A stretch of 64,000 nt of DNA from an uncultured bacterium (GCA_963695335.1 OY968764.1:1248001-1312000); one strand, 5' to 3'. Positions 1-9,458 are shown, counted from the first letter of the stretch. Made by a program: numbers and translations. Notes: generated by a model from the letters alone, not told the origin.

Positions 1-921
1 CTCTATTAATGTACGGATATCGCCCATACCAAGCATGCGTTGCGCAGCACGATCGGGGTAAAAAACATCCAAATCAGTAACTTTTTCGCCTTCACCCACA
101 AAAATAATCGGTTTTTTTAATACAAAACGGAACGCAAATGCCGCTCCACCGCGCGTATCACTATCCATCTTGGTCAATACTGCTCCCTGAAAACCAATAG
201 TATCATCAAAAGCCTTAGCCACCGCCAATGATTCTTGCCCTGTCATTGCATCAAGAACAAGCACTTTATATGAAGGTCGCAGCAATGCATCAATTTCTTG
301 TAACTCCTGCAACATCGTATTATCAATATGCAAACGCCCCGCAGTATCAAGCAGAATAACATCAAAGCCATTACTTTTACCAAAAGTCATGATCTCTTTT
401 GCTGCCATCACTGGATCACTGCTTTGGGCACGATAAAAAGAAATATCAACCTGACGTGCAAGCACTTCAAGCTGATCTATTGCCGCTGGACGATAAAAAT
501 CGACTGAACCAACTAAAATTTTTCTAACTACTTTATTTTTTTCGGCATCTTTTTTTATTTTATAAGCCAGCTTACCAATAGTTGTTGTTTTACCTGAGCC
601 TTGCAATCCCATTACCATCATAGTTAATGGAAAAGAAAATGAAAAATCCGCATCTTCGCCGCCAAGAAATTCAACAATTTTTTGCTGAACAACTATCATG
701 AGCTGTTCTGCCGGCTTGAGCGCATTAACTATCTTTTGTCCAACAACATCTATTTTTACCGCTGCTATAAACGTTTGCACAACACCATATGGAACATCCG
801 CTTCTAATAACGCTTGTTCCACGCTATTCAATGTTTCTTGAATATTTTGTTCTGTAAGTTTTTTGGAATTTTCAAGACCTGAAAATAGTGATGAAAATTT
901 TTGTGAAAGGAAATCAAACAT
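1..921 (-). CDS. ffh: Signal recognition particle protein Ffh, 5' part (runs off the window start)
   Basis: Manual minus-strand translation from ATG at 921: MFDFLSQKFSSLFSG...ALLEADV...MVMGLQGSGKTTT...DTAGR, the SRP GTPase motifs. Absent from the ORF track because the stop lies outside the window. Confidence 0.95.
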   Translation of the reverse strand, partial: MFDFLSQKFSSLFSGLENSKKLTEQNIQETLNSVEQALLEADVPYGVVQTFIAAVKIDVVGQKIVNALKPAEQLMIVVQQKIVEFLGGEDADFSFSFPLTMMVMGLQGSGKTTTIGKLAYKIKKDAEKNKVVRKILVGSVDFYRPAAIDQLEVLARQVDISFYRAQSSDPVMAAKEIMTFGKSNGFDVILLDTAGRLHIDNTMLQELQEIDALLRPSYKVLVLDAMTGQESLAVAKAFDDTIGFQGAVLTKMDSDTRGGAAFAFRFVLKKPIIFVGEGEKVTDLDVFYPDRAAQRMLGMGDIRTLIE

Positions 922-940
922 GTTACAAAATCCTCTTGTC

Positions 941-981
941 GTGCTCGTCCTGAGCTTGTCGAAGGATATCTTCGAGCGCTC
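941..981 (+). repeat. REP-like palindrome, left arm of an inverted pair (partner 1343-1383)
   Basis: GTGCTCGTCCTGAGCTTGTCGAAGGATATCTTCGAGCGCTC; its reverse complement matches 1343-1383 at 39/41 nt. Confidence 0.9.
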
Positions 982-1050
982 TTAAACTTCTGGGAATTAA
1001 TTAACAATAAATTTTTAACGTCCATCTTATCATAAATAATAAAGCTTGTC

Positions 1051-1251
1051 CTAAATTTCCCATTCTTTAATCGTTTTCAATCTATCAGGATCTTTGTTTG
1101 CCTCCAGATAGGCTTTTTTTAATAGCGCACGCTCAAGGACTTGAGCAACAAAACAACTTAATTTTCTCTCATCAATCATCGAATGAAGCATGTTATTCAG
1201 TTCTACGGAAATAGAAAAAGTAACTTTTATTTTTTTAGCACGTAATTTCAT
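1051..1251 (-). CDS. Small ribbon-helix-helix/MazE-like antitoxin-type protein, orphan, possibly 3'-truncated
   Basis: KVTFSISVELNNML...LSCFVAQVLERAL...AYLEANKDPDR..IKEWEI resembles RHH antitoxins. No toxin ORF follows. Confidence 0.55.
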   Translation of the reverse strand: MKLRAKKIKVTFSISVELNNMLHSMIDERKLSCFVAQVLERALLKKAYLEANKDPDRLKTIKEWEI

Positions 1252-1342
1252 AATTTTTTACTGATATTTCCCCAAGAAAGAACTCCTATACACAACAACA
1301 TTATTCTATGCTACAATTATAAAGAAAATTAGATTTTTCTTC

Positions 1343-1383
1343 GAGCGCTCAAAGATATCCTTCGACAAGCTCAGGACGAGCGC
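1343..1383 (-). repeat. REP-like palindrome, right arm of the inverted pair
   Basis: GAGCGCTCAAAGATATCCTTCGACAAGCTCAGGACGAGCGC. Confidence 0.9.
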
Positions 1384-1407
1384 AGCGAGGATGAGGAAAA
1401 AAATCCC

Positions 1408-2511
1408 ATGAAAAAACAAGCTACTGCTACCGCAATATACCCAAAGACTCTCCTTCTGGGCGTACAAACCCCTGAAAATTACATGGTTAATACCGATTCT
1501 TATTTTGAAGAATTTCGCAATTTAGCACGCACAAATGGCGTGCAAGATGCTGAAGAACTTATTATTAAAATTCGTACCATTGAACCTGGCTATTTTCTCA
1601 CTAAAGGAAAACAAGAAGAAGTCAAAGCTTTTTGTGACGAGCATGAAATTGAACAAGTTATCATCTCAGAACCGCTCTCTTCGCGTCAAGCAGGTAACTT
1701 GGGTGAACTGCTCCATTGTGATATTTTTGACAGAACAGAGCTTATTTTAGAAATTTTTGAAAAAGCAGCTCATACCGCTGAAGGTAAGATGCAGGTTGAA
1801 ATTGCACGTCTGCAGCACAAAAAATCACGTCTTGCTGGTCGCGGCGTTCACTTTGCACAACAGAGTGGTGCCATTGGTGTTCGCGGTGGTTTTGGTGAAA
1901 CTGCAAAAGAAAAAGAAACGCGTCACATTGAAAATAGCATCTTGCAAATCAAAAGACATCTTGCAGTCATGCACAAAGCACGTGAAACACAACGCAAACA
2001 ACGGTTGAGCAACAAAGAACCTAATATTTGTCTTATTGGATACACCAACGCTGGAAAATCAACAATCCTAAACACACTCACCAACAGCAATGTACTTGCT
2101 GAAGACAAACTGTTTGCAACCCTTGACACAACAACACGTTCACTTTTTATTAACGGCAAGAAAAAAGGTACGTTATCAGATACTGTTGGATTTATCCAAA
2201 ACCTCCCAACACGACTCATTGATGCATTCAAATCAACACTTTCAGAGCTGCATCATGCTGATCTTTTATTACATGTTGTTGATATCTCCGATCCAGGTTG
2301 GCAAAATCACATCCGCGTTGTTAATGAAATCTTACAGGATCTCGAAGTTGAAACGCCAACACTGTATGTGTTTAATAAAGCCGATAAAACTGACACTTTA
2401 TTGCTCGCTGGCGCTCTTGAAAAATATGAGCCTCATGTAATTGTTTCATCTCTTTCAAAAAAAGGCATTAACCCTTTAATTGAATACATCAGCAGCTGGA
2501 TGCCAGAATAA
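1408..2511 (+). CDS. hflX: Ribosome-splitting GTPase HflX
   Basis: GYTNAGKST, DKLFATLD, DTVGF and NKAD motifs, plus N-terminal DRTELILEIF. Confidence 0.97.
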   Translation: MKKQATATAIYPKTLLLGVQTPENYMVNTDSYFEEFRNLARTNGVQDAEELIIKIRTIEPGYFLTKGKQEEVKAFCDEHEIEQVIISEPLSSRQAGNLGELLHCDIFDRTELILEIFEKAAHTAEGKMQVEIARLQHKKSRLAGRGVHFAQQSGAIGVRGGFGETAKEKETRHIENSILQIKRHLAVMHKARETQRKQRLSNKEPNICLIGYTNAGKSTILNTLTNSNVLAEDKLFATLDTTTRSLFINGKKKGTLSDTVGFIQNLPTRLIDAFKSTLSELHHADLLLHVVDISDPGWQNHIRVVNEILQDLEVETPTLYVFNKADKTDTLLLAGALEKYEPHVIVSSLSKKGINPLIEYISSWMPE

Positions 2512-2603
2512 CGATCTGTCATAAATAATTGAGCTAAAAAAAAATGTGTTGTATGTTACTACGCAAGTAATGTACAGCATATTTTTTTTGAAGGAGATAC
2601 GTA

Positions 2604-4049
2604 ATGAAGACCCATCTCATTTTTCAATTTGATCAATTATCTTTCCCCGCTCGCCCTGAGTGTTTTACGGAGTGTAACGTAGTAAAATGTATCGAAGGGT
2701 TAATCGAGCGAAAATTAGTAAAATATAGTTTTTTATGTTACATATTTCTAATATTTTTCGCACCTCTACATGGCATGGAACAAGAACAACAAAAAGGACC
2801 CATGGATTCCATCTGGTTTTATGACAAAAGCCATGTATTCGCGCAAGCAAATCAATATCACCAAGAACAACAATGGAAAAAAGCTACTGAAGAATACACT
2901 CGATATCTTACTGGAATAGAATTCGGGAATATGATGGCTAACATCTGCGGATTACATTATCAAATATATGGCCCCTCAGAATATGATAGAAATAAAGCGT
3001 ATTTAAATTTAGCTGCATGCCTCATGGCGCAACGCAAAGCTTCAAATTACTGGAAAAGCTTTGACGTATTATTAAACATTCCACTATCACAACGTATTTC
3101 ATCATCACTCATCAACGATCATCAAAAACCTCTCAAAGATCAAGTGGTTCTTGTGCGCACTGATCAAATTGGCCTTGGTGATGTTTTTTGTTTTTTATCA
3201 GCCGCTCATGAATTAAAAAAACGTACCGAATGCCATATTATATTATCCGTACCATATATTCTCAAGGGAGCATCAATAAGCGCTGCACAAAAATACGGAT
3301 TCAAATTAATTACCGCAATAGATAAACCTACAATCACCATTCCGTATGAAACACACTTAATCGCCCTTCTTGGCCATTTACATCTCACCCCTTCCCAAAT
3401 GAATCCTAAAAAAGTTGTCTTCACTGCTCCAGAACGTGCAATAAATGCAATACTCGAACAGATCGAGCCTGTATTAGAACAAGGTAACATTCTTGTTGTT
3501 GCCGATAGAGGAGAAGTTGGCCGCCAAACAAATCCTGCTCTTATTGGAGGTAAACAATTACCTCACAACAGTGATGATCACGGCAGACATCTTGATTCAG
3601 AACCATTCAATGCATTGCTCAAAAATAGTTCGACAATTACACTGCTTGACTGCAGTAACAAAAACAATCGCATTACTATTGATGAAAAACACAAAAATCG
3701 TTATCTCATTGTCGCTCCTGAGGAACAACCATTTGATACGATCATTGCTCTTGGACGTATTATGAGCACTAAAAAAAATATTATCGCATTTGGACCTGAC
3801 ATGGGACAAACAAATGTATTTATGCGTTCACTTGATCATGATGCGCAAGACCGTATGGCATTTATTATTCCTAATGCACAAGAACATGATATGCGTATGG
3901 AAGGAGAAGGTTCAAAATACAAACACATGATATCTAACTGTTGGGTATATAAATGCGCAACACCACAAAATCAAACACAAGTAATAGAACAAGCTTACAA
4001 TGATATGTTGCGATACACACTCAAAAATACCAATAACGAAAAAAAATAA
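2604..4049 (+). CDS. Secreted TPR plus degenerate glycosyltransferase (GT9-like) protein; REP inserted in the N-terminus
   Basis: RBS AAGGAG at 2591; hydrophobic segment ending LHG|MEQ; TPR-like helices; QIGLGDVFCF corresponds to EQGLGDTFQF of the neighbouring gene. Confidence 0.65.
   Translation: MKTHLIFQFDQLSFPARPECFTECNVVKCIEGLIERKLVKYSFLCYIFLIFFAPLHGMEQEQQKGPMDSIWFYDKSHVFAQANQYHQEQQWKKATEEYTRYLTGIEFGNMMANICGLHYQIYGPSEYDRNKAYLNLAACLMAQRKASNYWKSFDVLLNIPLSQRISSSLINDHQKPLKDQVVLVRTDQIGLGDVFCFLSAAHELKKRTECHIILSVPYILKGASISAAQKYGFKLITAIDKPTITIPYETHLIALLGHLHLTPSQMNPKKVVFTAPERAINAILEQIEPVLEQGNILVVADRGEVGRQTNPALIGGKQLPHNSDDHGRHLDSEPFNALLKNSSTITLLDCSNKNNRITIDEKHKNRYLIVAPEEQPFDTIIALGRIMSTKKNIIAFGPDMGQTNVFMRSLDHDAQDRMAFIIPNAQEHDMRMEGEGSKYKHMISNCWVYKCATPQNQTQVIEQAYNDMLRYTLKNTNNEKK
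2648..2710 (+). repeat. REP-like palindrome (long variant with internal hairpin) inside a coding sequence
   Basis: CGCTCGCCCTGAGTGTTTTACGG...GTAAAATGTATCGAAGGGTTAATCGAGCG, 63 nt; near-identical to intergenic copies at 7347 and 9296. Confidence 0.85.
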
Positions 4050-4082
4050 TTAAGAAATTACTGTATAAAAAAAGGAAAATTT

Positions 4083-5924
4083 ATGGAACAAACCAGAAGC
4101 AAAATTAATACCGCCATCCTTCGATACATTTTTGAAGACAAAAACACTCAGGACGAGCGGAAAGAAAAAACACACAACCGCACGCTCCTGCAAAGGAAAA
4201 TGTATCGAAGGGTTGCGGCTCTCTTATTTACCGCAACACTGTGCCATGCCACTGATCAACTGACGTTCCAAGCAATTGAAAGTTATCTCAAAAAACCGCA
4301 ACCTCACTCATATGTTGATTACCAATCATTTGAAGCGCTGTGCAAACATGCAAACGGTCTTTTTACCGCAGAACAGTATGAAGAAGCGATCGCATTTTAC
4401 AAACAAGCACTTGCACTCAACCCAACATGCGCGCAGATCTTTTTTAATCTTGGACAAGCACTGTATCACGCAAAAAAATATTCTGAAGCATTATATGCAT
4501 ACAAAAAAACTGTTCAACACAAAAAAGATCATTACCGTGCATATGTTCAGATTGGCAAAGTAATGATGGATGTAAAACAGACAAAAGATGCCATTGAACC
4601 ACTTAAACAATCTCTTATTCTTGAACCAAATAATCCTGATGCACGATTATTACTTTCAAAAGCATATAGCGAAAATAACCGCTTTGATGATTCAATCAAA
4701 ACTATCGTAGAAGGACTTAGGCTTGAACCTGGTCACATTAATATGACATTTGAACTTGGCAATATTTATAACACTGTCAACCGTCTTGATGAATCGCTTG
4801 AAATATATAAAGCTCTTGATCGCTTATTACCAAATAACCCATCAATTTTATACAACATTGCATTTACATATAAAAAACTGGGAGATTTACCAACATCTCT
4901 TCCCTATTACAATCAAGTGCTTGAACTTGAGCCTAATCATTCAGAAGCACTCTTCAGCCGTGGTCTTGCATATCTTGTAATTGGTGATTTTGAACGCGGA
5001 TGGCATGGATATGAATGGCGCTATAGTCGTCCTTCTCAAGGCTCGTTACGCAGTTATAATGAACCGCGTTGGGATGGCTCTGATTTAAATGGAAAAACAA
5101 TTCTCATTCATGCAGAACAAGGACTTGGCGATACATTCCAATTTATTCGTTACGCAAAACTGATTAAAGAAAAAAATGGCACAGTAATTGTTGCAGTACA
5201 AAAACCACTCGTCACACTCATGAAACGTTGCAAAGGAGTTGATCAGGTTATTTCACTTGATGATACTCCTCCACATTTTGATGTCCATTCTCCAATGTTA
5301 TCCTTACCATATGTTATGAAAACTCGTATTGACACTGTCCCAAATGAAATTCCATACATTCATACTGATGAAAAACTTGTTGCAGAATGGAAAGAAAAAT
5401 TAGCAGCAGATAAAAACTTTAAAATTGGTATCTGTTGGCAAGGAAATGATAATTATGCAACACCACTACTCCGAACAACCGTTGCACAAAAATCAGTGCA
5501 TCCAAAAGAATTTGAACCGATTTGCTCTGTACCTGGAGTCAGTATCTACAGCTTGCAAAAAATGACTGGGACTGATCAGCTCAAAGAAATTCCAAGTAGT
5601 ATGCACATCAAAACATTTGATGGTGATTTTGATCAAAGCCATGGGCGTTTTATGGATACTGCTGCGGTTATTAGAAATCTTGATCTTGTTATCACGGTTG
5701 ATACATCAATCAGCCATCTTGCGAGTGGCCTTGGCACACCAACATGGATTTTATTACCAAACCCTGCTGATTGGCGCTGGATGATTGACCGCAACGATTC
5801 TCCTTGGTATCCACAGGTTACTCGTTTATTTAAACAACCAACACCTGGTGATTGGAAATCTATGATTTGCGAAGTTGCGGATGAACTTAAAAAACATATA
5901 GGGAAAAATAATGAAAAAAAATAA
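4083..5924 (+). CDS. TPR repeat protein with C-terminal GT9-like glycosyltransferase domain; signal peptide-like N-terminus
   Basis: Multiple TPRs; EQGLGDTFQF, KIGICWQG, DLVITVDTSISHLA and DWRW...SPWYP motifs. Confidence 0.9.
   Translation: MEQTRSKINTAILRYIFEDKNTQDERKEKTHNRTLLQRKMYRRVAALLFTATLCHATDQLTFQAIESYLKKPQPHSYVDYQSFEALCKHANGLFTAEQYEEAIAFYKQALALNPTCAQIFFNLGQALYHAKKYSEALYAYKKTVQHKKDHYRAYVQIGKVMMDVKQTKDAIEPLKQSLILEPNNPDARLLLSKAYSENNRFDDSIKTIVEGLRLEPGHINMTFELGNIYNTVNRLDESLEIYKALDRLLPNNPSILYNIAFTYKKLGDLPTSLPYYNQVLELEPNHSEALFSRGLAYLVIGDFERGWHGYEWRYSRPSQGSLRSYNEPRWDGSDLNGKTILIHAEQGLGDTFQFIRYAKLIKEKNGTVIVAVQKPLVTLMKRCKGVDQVISLDDTPPHFDVHSPMLSLPYVMKTRIDTVPNEIPYIHTDEKLVAEWKEKLAADKNFKIGICWQGNDNYATPLLRTTVAQKSVHPKEFEPICSVPGVSIYSLQKMTGTDQLKEIPSSMHIKTFDGDFDQSHGRFMDTAAVIRNLDLVITVDTSISHLASGLGTPTWILLPNPADWRWMIDRNDSPWYPQVTRLFKQPTPGDWKSMICEVADELKKHIGKNNEKK
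4111..4218. repeat. REP doublet inside a coding sequence (108 nt)
   Basis: CCGCCATCCTTCGATACATTTTT...CACTCAGGACGAGCGG spacer CCGCACG...AAAATGTATCGAAGGGTTGCGG. Confidence 0.8.
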
Positions 5925-7317
5925 CTCATTAATTTCGTTCGTATGGTTCGACAGGCTCACCACGAACGGAGGAAACAAATCTTTATTCCCGTTCGTACTG
6001 AGCTTGTCGAAGTATACGAACACATTATTATTAATCTTGTCCATCTCCACCGCAACATACTCAACCCCTTCCATTGAAACCGCAATAGAATACCAACAAA
6101 ACGAAGATTTCCCACAAGCCATTTCTGCATTTGAAGAAATAGTATGTAACGAGCCGTATAATCTATCCGCATTCTTTAGTCTTGGTTGTTGCTATCTTGC
6201 TCTTGGACAATACAACAAAGCTCTCACCGCTTTTGATACTATTCTTGCATATAGCCCGCACACATTACCTGCACTGTATAACAAAGCATTTACCTATAAA
6301 ACAATGGGTGATCTTGATACAGCAATCGCATTATATAAACAGGTTATTGCAATTGATCCAGATTATGAACCAGCACACTTGGGTCTTGGATTTGCATACA
6401 TAACCAATGGTGATTTTGAAAATGGTTGGAAACAGCACGAACGTTATTTAAAACAGAGTGGAAAAAATGGTGATGCATTACGCAAACTATTACAAGACAA
6501 TACAATTGCACACAAAACCATTGTTCTTCGCCCAGAAGGTGGCCTTGGTGATACACTCAATTTTATTCGTTATGCAGAAATCCTCAAAGATATGCAAACG
6601 AATGTGATTGTTGCATGCCAAAAACCATTGATCCCATTACTTTCTCGTTGCCCATTTATTGATCAACTCATACCATGTGGGGCACAAACACCAGAATATA
6701 ATGCTGACGCAACACTCATGAGTTTACCTGCAATTTTTAATGATAGTGATCAAACTGCACCACAAAACATTCCATATCTTTTTGCAGATCCAGCACTTGT
6801 TACATACTGGCAAGAACGCCTTGCACATGACACCAACTTTAAAATTGGTATCTGTTGGCAAGCTGATTTTAATAATGATAAACCATCAAAATTGCCAATT
6901 GCTCGCCGTGGAGTTCCTCTCCAAAACTTTGCATCATTAGCAGCAATTGATGGTGTTAGTTTGTATAGTTTACAAAAATATGATGGTACTGAACAACTTG
7001 CTACATCCAATTTTGCAATTATCACATTTAATAATCTTGATGAATATACCGGACCATTTATGGATACCGCTGCAATCATCAAGAATCTCGATTTAATTAT
7101 TACTGTTGACACTGCAATGGTACATCTTGCTGGTGGACTTGGTGCAAATGTTTGGTTATTGCATCCTTATGCAACTGCTGACTGGCGCTGGATTTGCCAC
7201 CGTGATGATTCTTACTGGTATCCAAATCTACGTATTTTTAAACAACAAAAACCGTTTGATTATGATGGGGTTATTGAACAAGTGCATCTTGCATTGCAAC
7301 AATTAATATTGAGTTAA
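5911..7317 (+). CDS. TPR repeat protein with GT9-like glycosyltransferase domain; signal peptide-like N-terminus
   Basis: TPRs; EGGLGDTLNF, KIGICWQA, DLIITVDTAMVHLAG and DWRW motifs; paralog of 4083..5924. Confidence 0.9.
   Translation: MKKNNSLISFVWFDRLTTNGGNKSLFPFVLSLSKYTNTLLLILSISTATYSTPSIETAIEYQQNEDFPQAISAFEEIVCNEPYNLSAFFSLGCCYLALGQYNKALTAFDTILAYSPHTLPALYNKAFTYKTMGDLDTAIALYKQVIAIDPDYEPAHLGLGFAYITNGDFENGWKQHERYLKQSGKNGDALRKLLQDNTIAHKTIVLRPEGGLGDTLNFIRYAEILKDMQTNVIVACQKPLIPLLSRCPFIDQLIPCGAQTPEYNADATLMSLPAIFNDSDQTAPQNIPYLFADPALVTYWQERLAHDTNFKIGICWQADFNNDKPSKLPIARRGVPLQNFASLAAIDGVSLYSLQKYDGTEQLATSNFAIITFNNLDEYTGPFMDTAAIIKNLDLIITVDTAMVHLAGGLGANVWLLHPYATADWRWICHRDDSYWYPNLRIFKQQKPFDYDGVIEQVHLALQQLILS
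5937..6021. repeat. REP doublet inside a coding sequence
   Basis: GTTCGTATGGTTCGACAGGCTCACCACGAACGG...CCGTTCGTACTGAGCTTGTCGAAGTATACGAAC; same layout as the intergenic copy 52859-52944. Confidence 0.85.
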
Positions 7318-7346
7318 ATACAGAGATTAAACATTTAACTATTCAC

Positions 7347-7487
7347 TCCGCTCGCCCTGAGTGTTCTACAAAGTGAAACGTAGTAGAATGTATCGAAGGG
7401 TGCAATATAAAATAGACTTAATACTATTAATTTTCCGCATACCCTTCGATACATTTTTGCTTCGCAAAAACACTCAGGGCGAGCGGA
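7347..7487. repeat. Intergenic REP doublet (long variant, inverted arms)
   Basis: TCCGCTCGCCCTGAGTG...TGTATCGAAGGGT and ACCCTTCGATACA...CACTCAGGGCGAGCGGA. Confidence 0.9.
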
Positions 7488-7505
7488 ATAAAGCGATTAA
7501 GCGTA

Positions 7506-7541
7506 AAAGAAGGGGCTTTCGCAAACCCCTTCTCTATTCTT
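7506..7541. terminator. Probable bidirectional intrinsic terminator
   Basis: AAAAGAAGGGG-CTTTCGCAAA-CCCCTTCT hairpin between convergent genes. Confidence 0.6.
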
Positions 7542-7553
7542 CTTCAAAAACTT

Positions 7554-8078
7554 CTACTTCTTACTCTCCAAATATGGAATCACAACATTATTCATCAGAT
7601 ACAGAGTAGCAATCGTCAGCATCTCTGGATGCGTAGCAATGTCCACACTTTTTGTCACAACCGGAGCAACCACAACCTTAACCGCGTCTGGCAATTGATC
7701 ACATGCAGTAACCAAAGGATTCAGTGAATAACCATTTGCATTTAATACACTCCCAGCTTCACGAATAAGACAATTCACCACAAAATGTTCGCCCGCTTCT
7801 TTGTAATCCAACTTAGATAAATCTGCCTGACATGAACCAATTGCATATCCTGCTGTTTCTAAAGCTGATTTAAGTGCAATGTTATCCGCAGCACACAGCG
7901 ATGTATTATTTGCAAGAAGTGTTCCTCCAATAACATAAACTCCATGCGTTTTGGTATCAGCGACACTCAAAGCTTTTTTCAATTGTTGACTTACAGCACT
8001 TTCACTCGCTTGTGCATGATAAGTAAACACAAACAGTGATAGCACTACAACATGAACTGTAGTACAAAATTTATTCAT
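7554..8078 (-). CDS. Secreted hypothetical protein, paralog of 8162..8656
   Basis: Signal peptide ending HAQA; shares C-terminal A-x-THPE followed by a hydrophobic tail. Confidence 0.75.
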   Translation of the reverse strand: MNKFCTTVHVVVLSLFVFTYHAQASESAVSQQLKKALSVADTKTHGVYVIGGTLLANNTSLCAADNIALKSALETAGYAIGSCQADLSKLDYKEAGEHFVVNCLIREAGSVLNANGYSLNPLVTACDQLPDAVKVVVAPVVTKSVDIATHPEMLTIATLYLMNNVVIPYLESKK

Positions 8079-8161
8079 AATAAAAATCCTTTTTTTTAAA
8101 AACAGATCAAAAAAAAGAGAGGTTTTTTTACAACCCCTCTTATATAAAATCAGTAATAAAA

Positions 8162-8656
8162 TTAGTTAGTTTTATTAGTAGATTGACCCAAAGCCATAGG
8201 TACCACTACATTCAATACTACATAAGTTAATACTTCAGGATGAGTAACTGCTTCTGCTACGCCTTCTACAACTGGTTGCACAAAATCATGCGCCATGCCT
8301 GCAGGCAATACATCTAATTTTTTAACTAACGCATCACGATATCCATTCAAACCAATTGCATCACTACCTTTGCGGATTGCATAATCAACAACAAGGCGTT
8401 CTGCAAATTGAGCAGAATCAAGCTTTTTCTTATCATGATCCCATGCATGTGATGCTGAACAAACCGTTGCTTTGATAAAATGATCATTTTTACCATATAT
8501 TTTATCTGCAAACATAGCTGATCCAATAGCTTGTTGATTTTTGCCAACTAAATCAACTAATTTATTGGTAAAAAGAGGACATACTGCTGATGCATTTACT
8601 GCTAATAAAGCAGCAGGAAGAACGAGAACACGAGAGAGCTTTTTCATAAGAGACAC
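8162..8656 (-). CDS. Secreted hypothetical protein, paralog of 7554..8078
   Basis: Signal peptide ending NASA; VTHPEVLTYVVLNVVVP tail; hairpin at about 8110-8142 downstream. Confidence 0.75.
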   Translation of the reverse strand: MSLMKKLSRVLVLPAALLAVNASAVCPLFTNKLVDLVGKNQQAIGSAMFADKIYGKNDHFIKATVCSASHAWDHDKKKLDSAQFAERLVVDYAIRKGSDAIGLNGYRDALVKKLDVLPAGMAHDFVQPVVEGVAEAVTHPEVLTYVVLNVVVPMALGQSTNKTN

Positions 8657-8817
8657 CTTTTTTTTTTGAGAAATTATAATTCACCGCCATAATCTATATC
8701 GAGATGGCAGAAAGATCAACATAAAGTTTTCAGAACTCGTCTACTCCTTTACTTTATTTTTATTTTTTTGTACGACTAACTCTAAAAAAAGAGTTACATG
8801 ATTAATTAAGGAGAGTC

Positions 8818-9291
8818 ATGAAGCGTACACGTATATATTACCCATATATTGCATTACTTATTACCATACTATTATCCACCTGCCAAGCATATTGCAACAA
8901 AATTTGTGCAGAAATTTCTTGCGGCGAACTTATCGATAAAATTACCATTCTTAAAATCAAATCAGAACAGATCACTGACCCAGAAAAATTAAAAAACGTA
9001 CACACTGAACTTGCAGCATTACAACAAACATGTGATGAATATATTGGTGAGCATGAACAAGTTGAGCGGCTACAAAAACTTTTACAAGAAATAAATCAAG
9101 CGTTGTGGGATATTGAAGATGCTATTCGTGTTAAAGAACGCAAAAAAGAGTTCGATGCTGAATTTATTGAAATTGCACGCAATGTTTATGTGACTAATGA
9201 TAAACGTTGTATGATTAAAAAAGAGATTGATAAAGTGCTTGGGTCGAGGATTACTGAAGAAAAGTCGTATGAGGAATTTGCGACAAAATAA
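8818..9291 (+). CDS. DUF6165-like protein with N-terminal signal peptide
   Basis: EISCGELIDKITILKIK...LWDIEDAIR...ARNVYVTNDKR...ITEEKSY; this family usually accompanies TPR-GT9 genes. RBS AAGGAG. Confidence 0.8.
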   Translation: MKRTRIYYPYIALLITILLSTCQAYCNKICAEISCGELIDKITILKIKSEQITDPEKLKNVHTELAALQQTCDEYIGEHEQVERLQKLLQEINQALWDIEDAIRVKERKKEFDAEFIEIARNVYVTNDKRCMIKKEIDKVLGSRITEEKSYEEFATK

Positions 9292-9295
9292 ACCC

Positions 9296-9415
9296 GCACC
9301 TTTCGATACATTCTACTACGTTACACTTCGTAGAACACTCAAGGCGAGCGGGTTAAATTCTTTCTTCCGTTCGCCCTGAGTGTTTTTTGTCTTCAAAAAA
9401 TGTATCGAAGGGTGT
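9296..9415. repeat. Intergenic REP doublet (long variant)
   Basis: CACCTTTCGATACATTCTAC...GTAGAACACTCAAGGCGAGCGG / CCGTTCGCCCTGAGTG...TGTATCGAAGGGTG. Confidence 0.9.
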
Positions 9416-9458
9416 AAACTTATTAATTATCTTTAATACAACAACAAGGCGAAATATA

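Noticed and set aside
828..1025. 65-aa ORF as the toxin partner of 1051..1251
   Set aside because: It runs through the REP and overlaps ffh out of frame; no toxin motif.
7361..7609. Short ORFs over REPs (also 9353..9598, 49726..50020, 54803..55051, and 51076..51324 over the two-hairpin element)
   Set aside because: These are translations of palindromic repeats or shadows of real genes, with no independent coding evidence.
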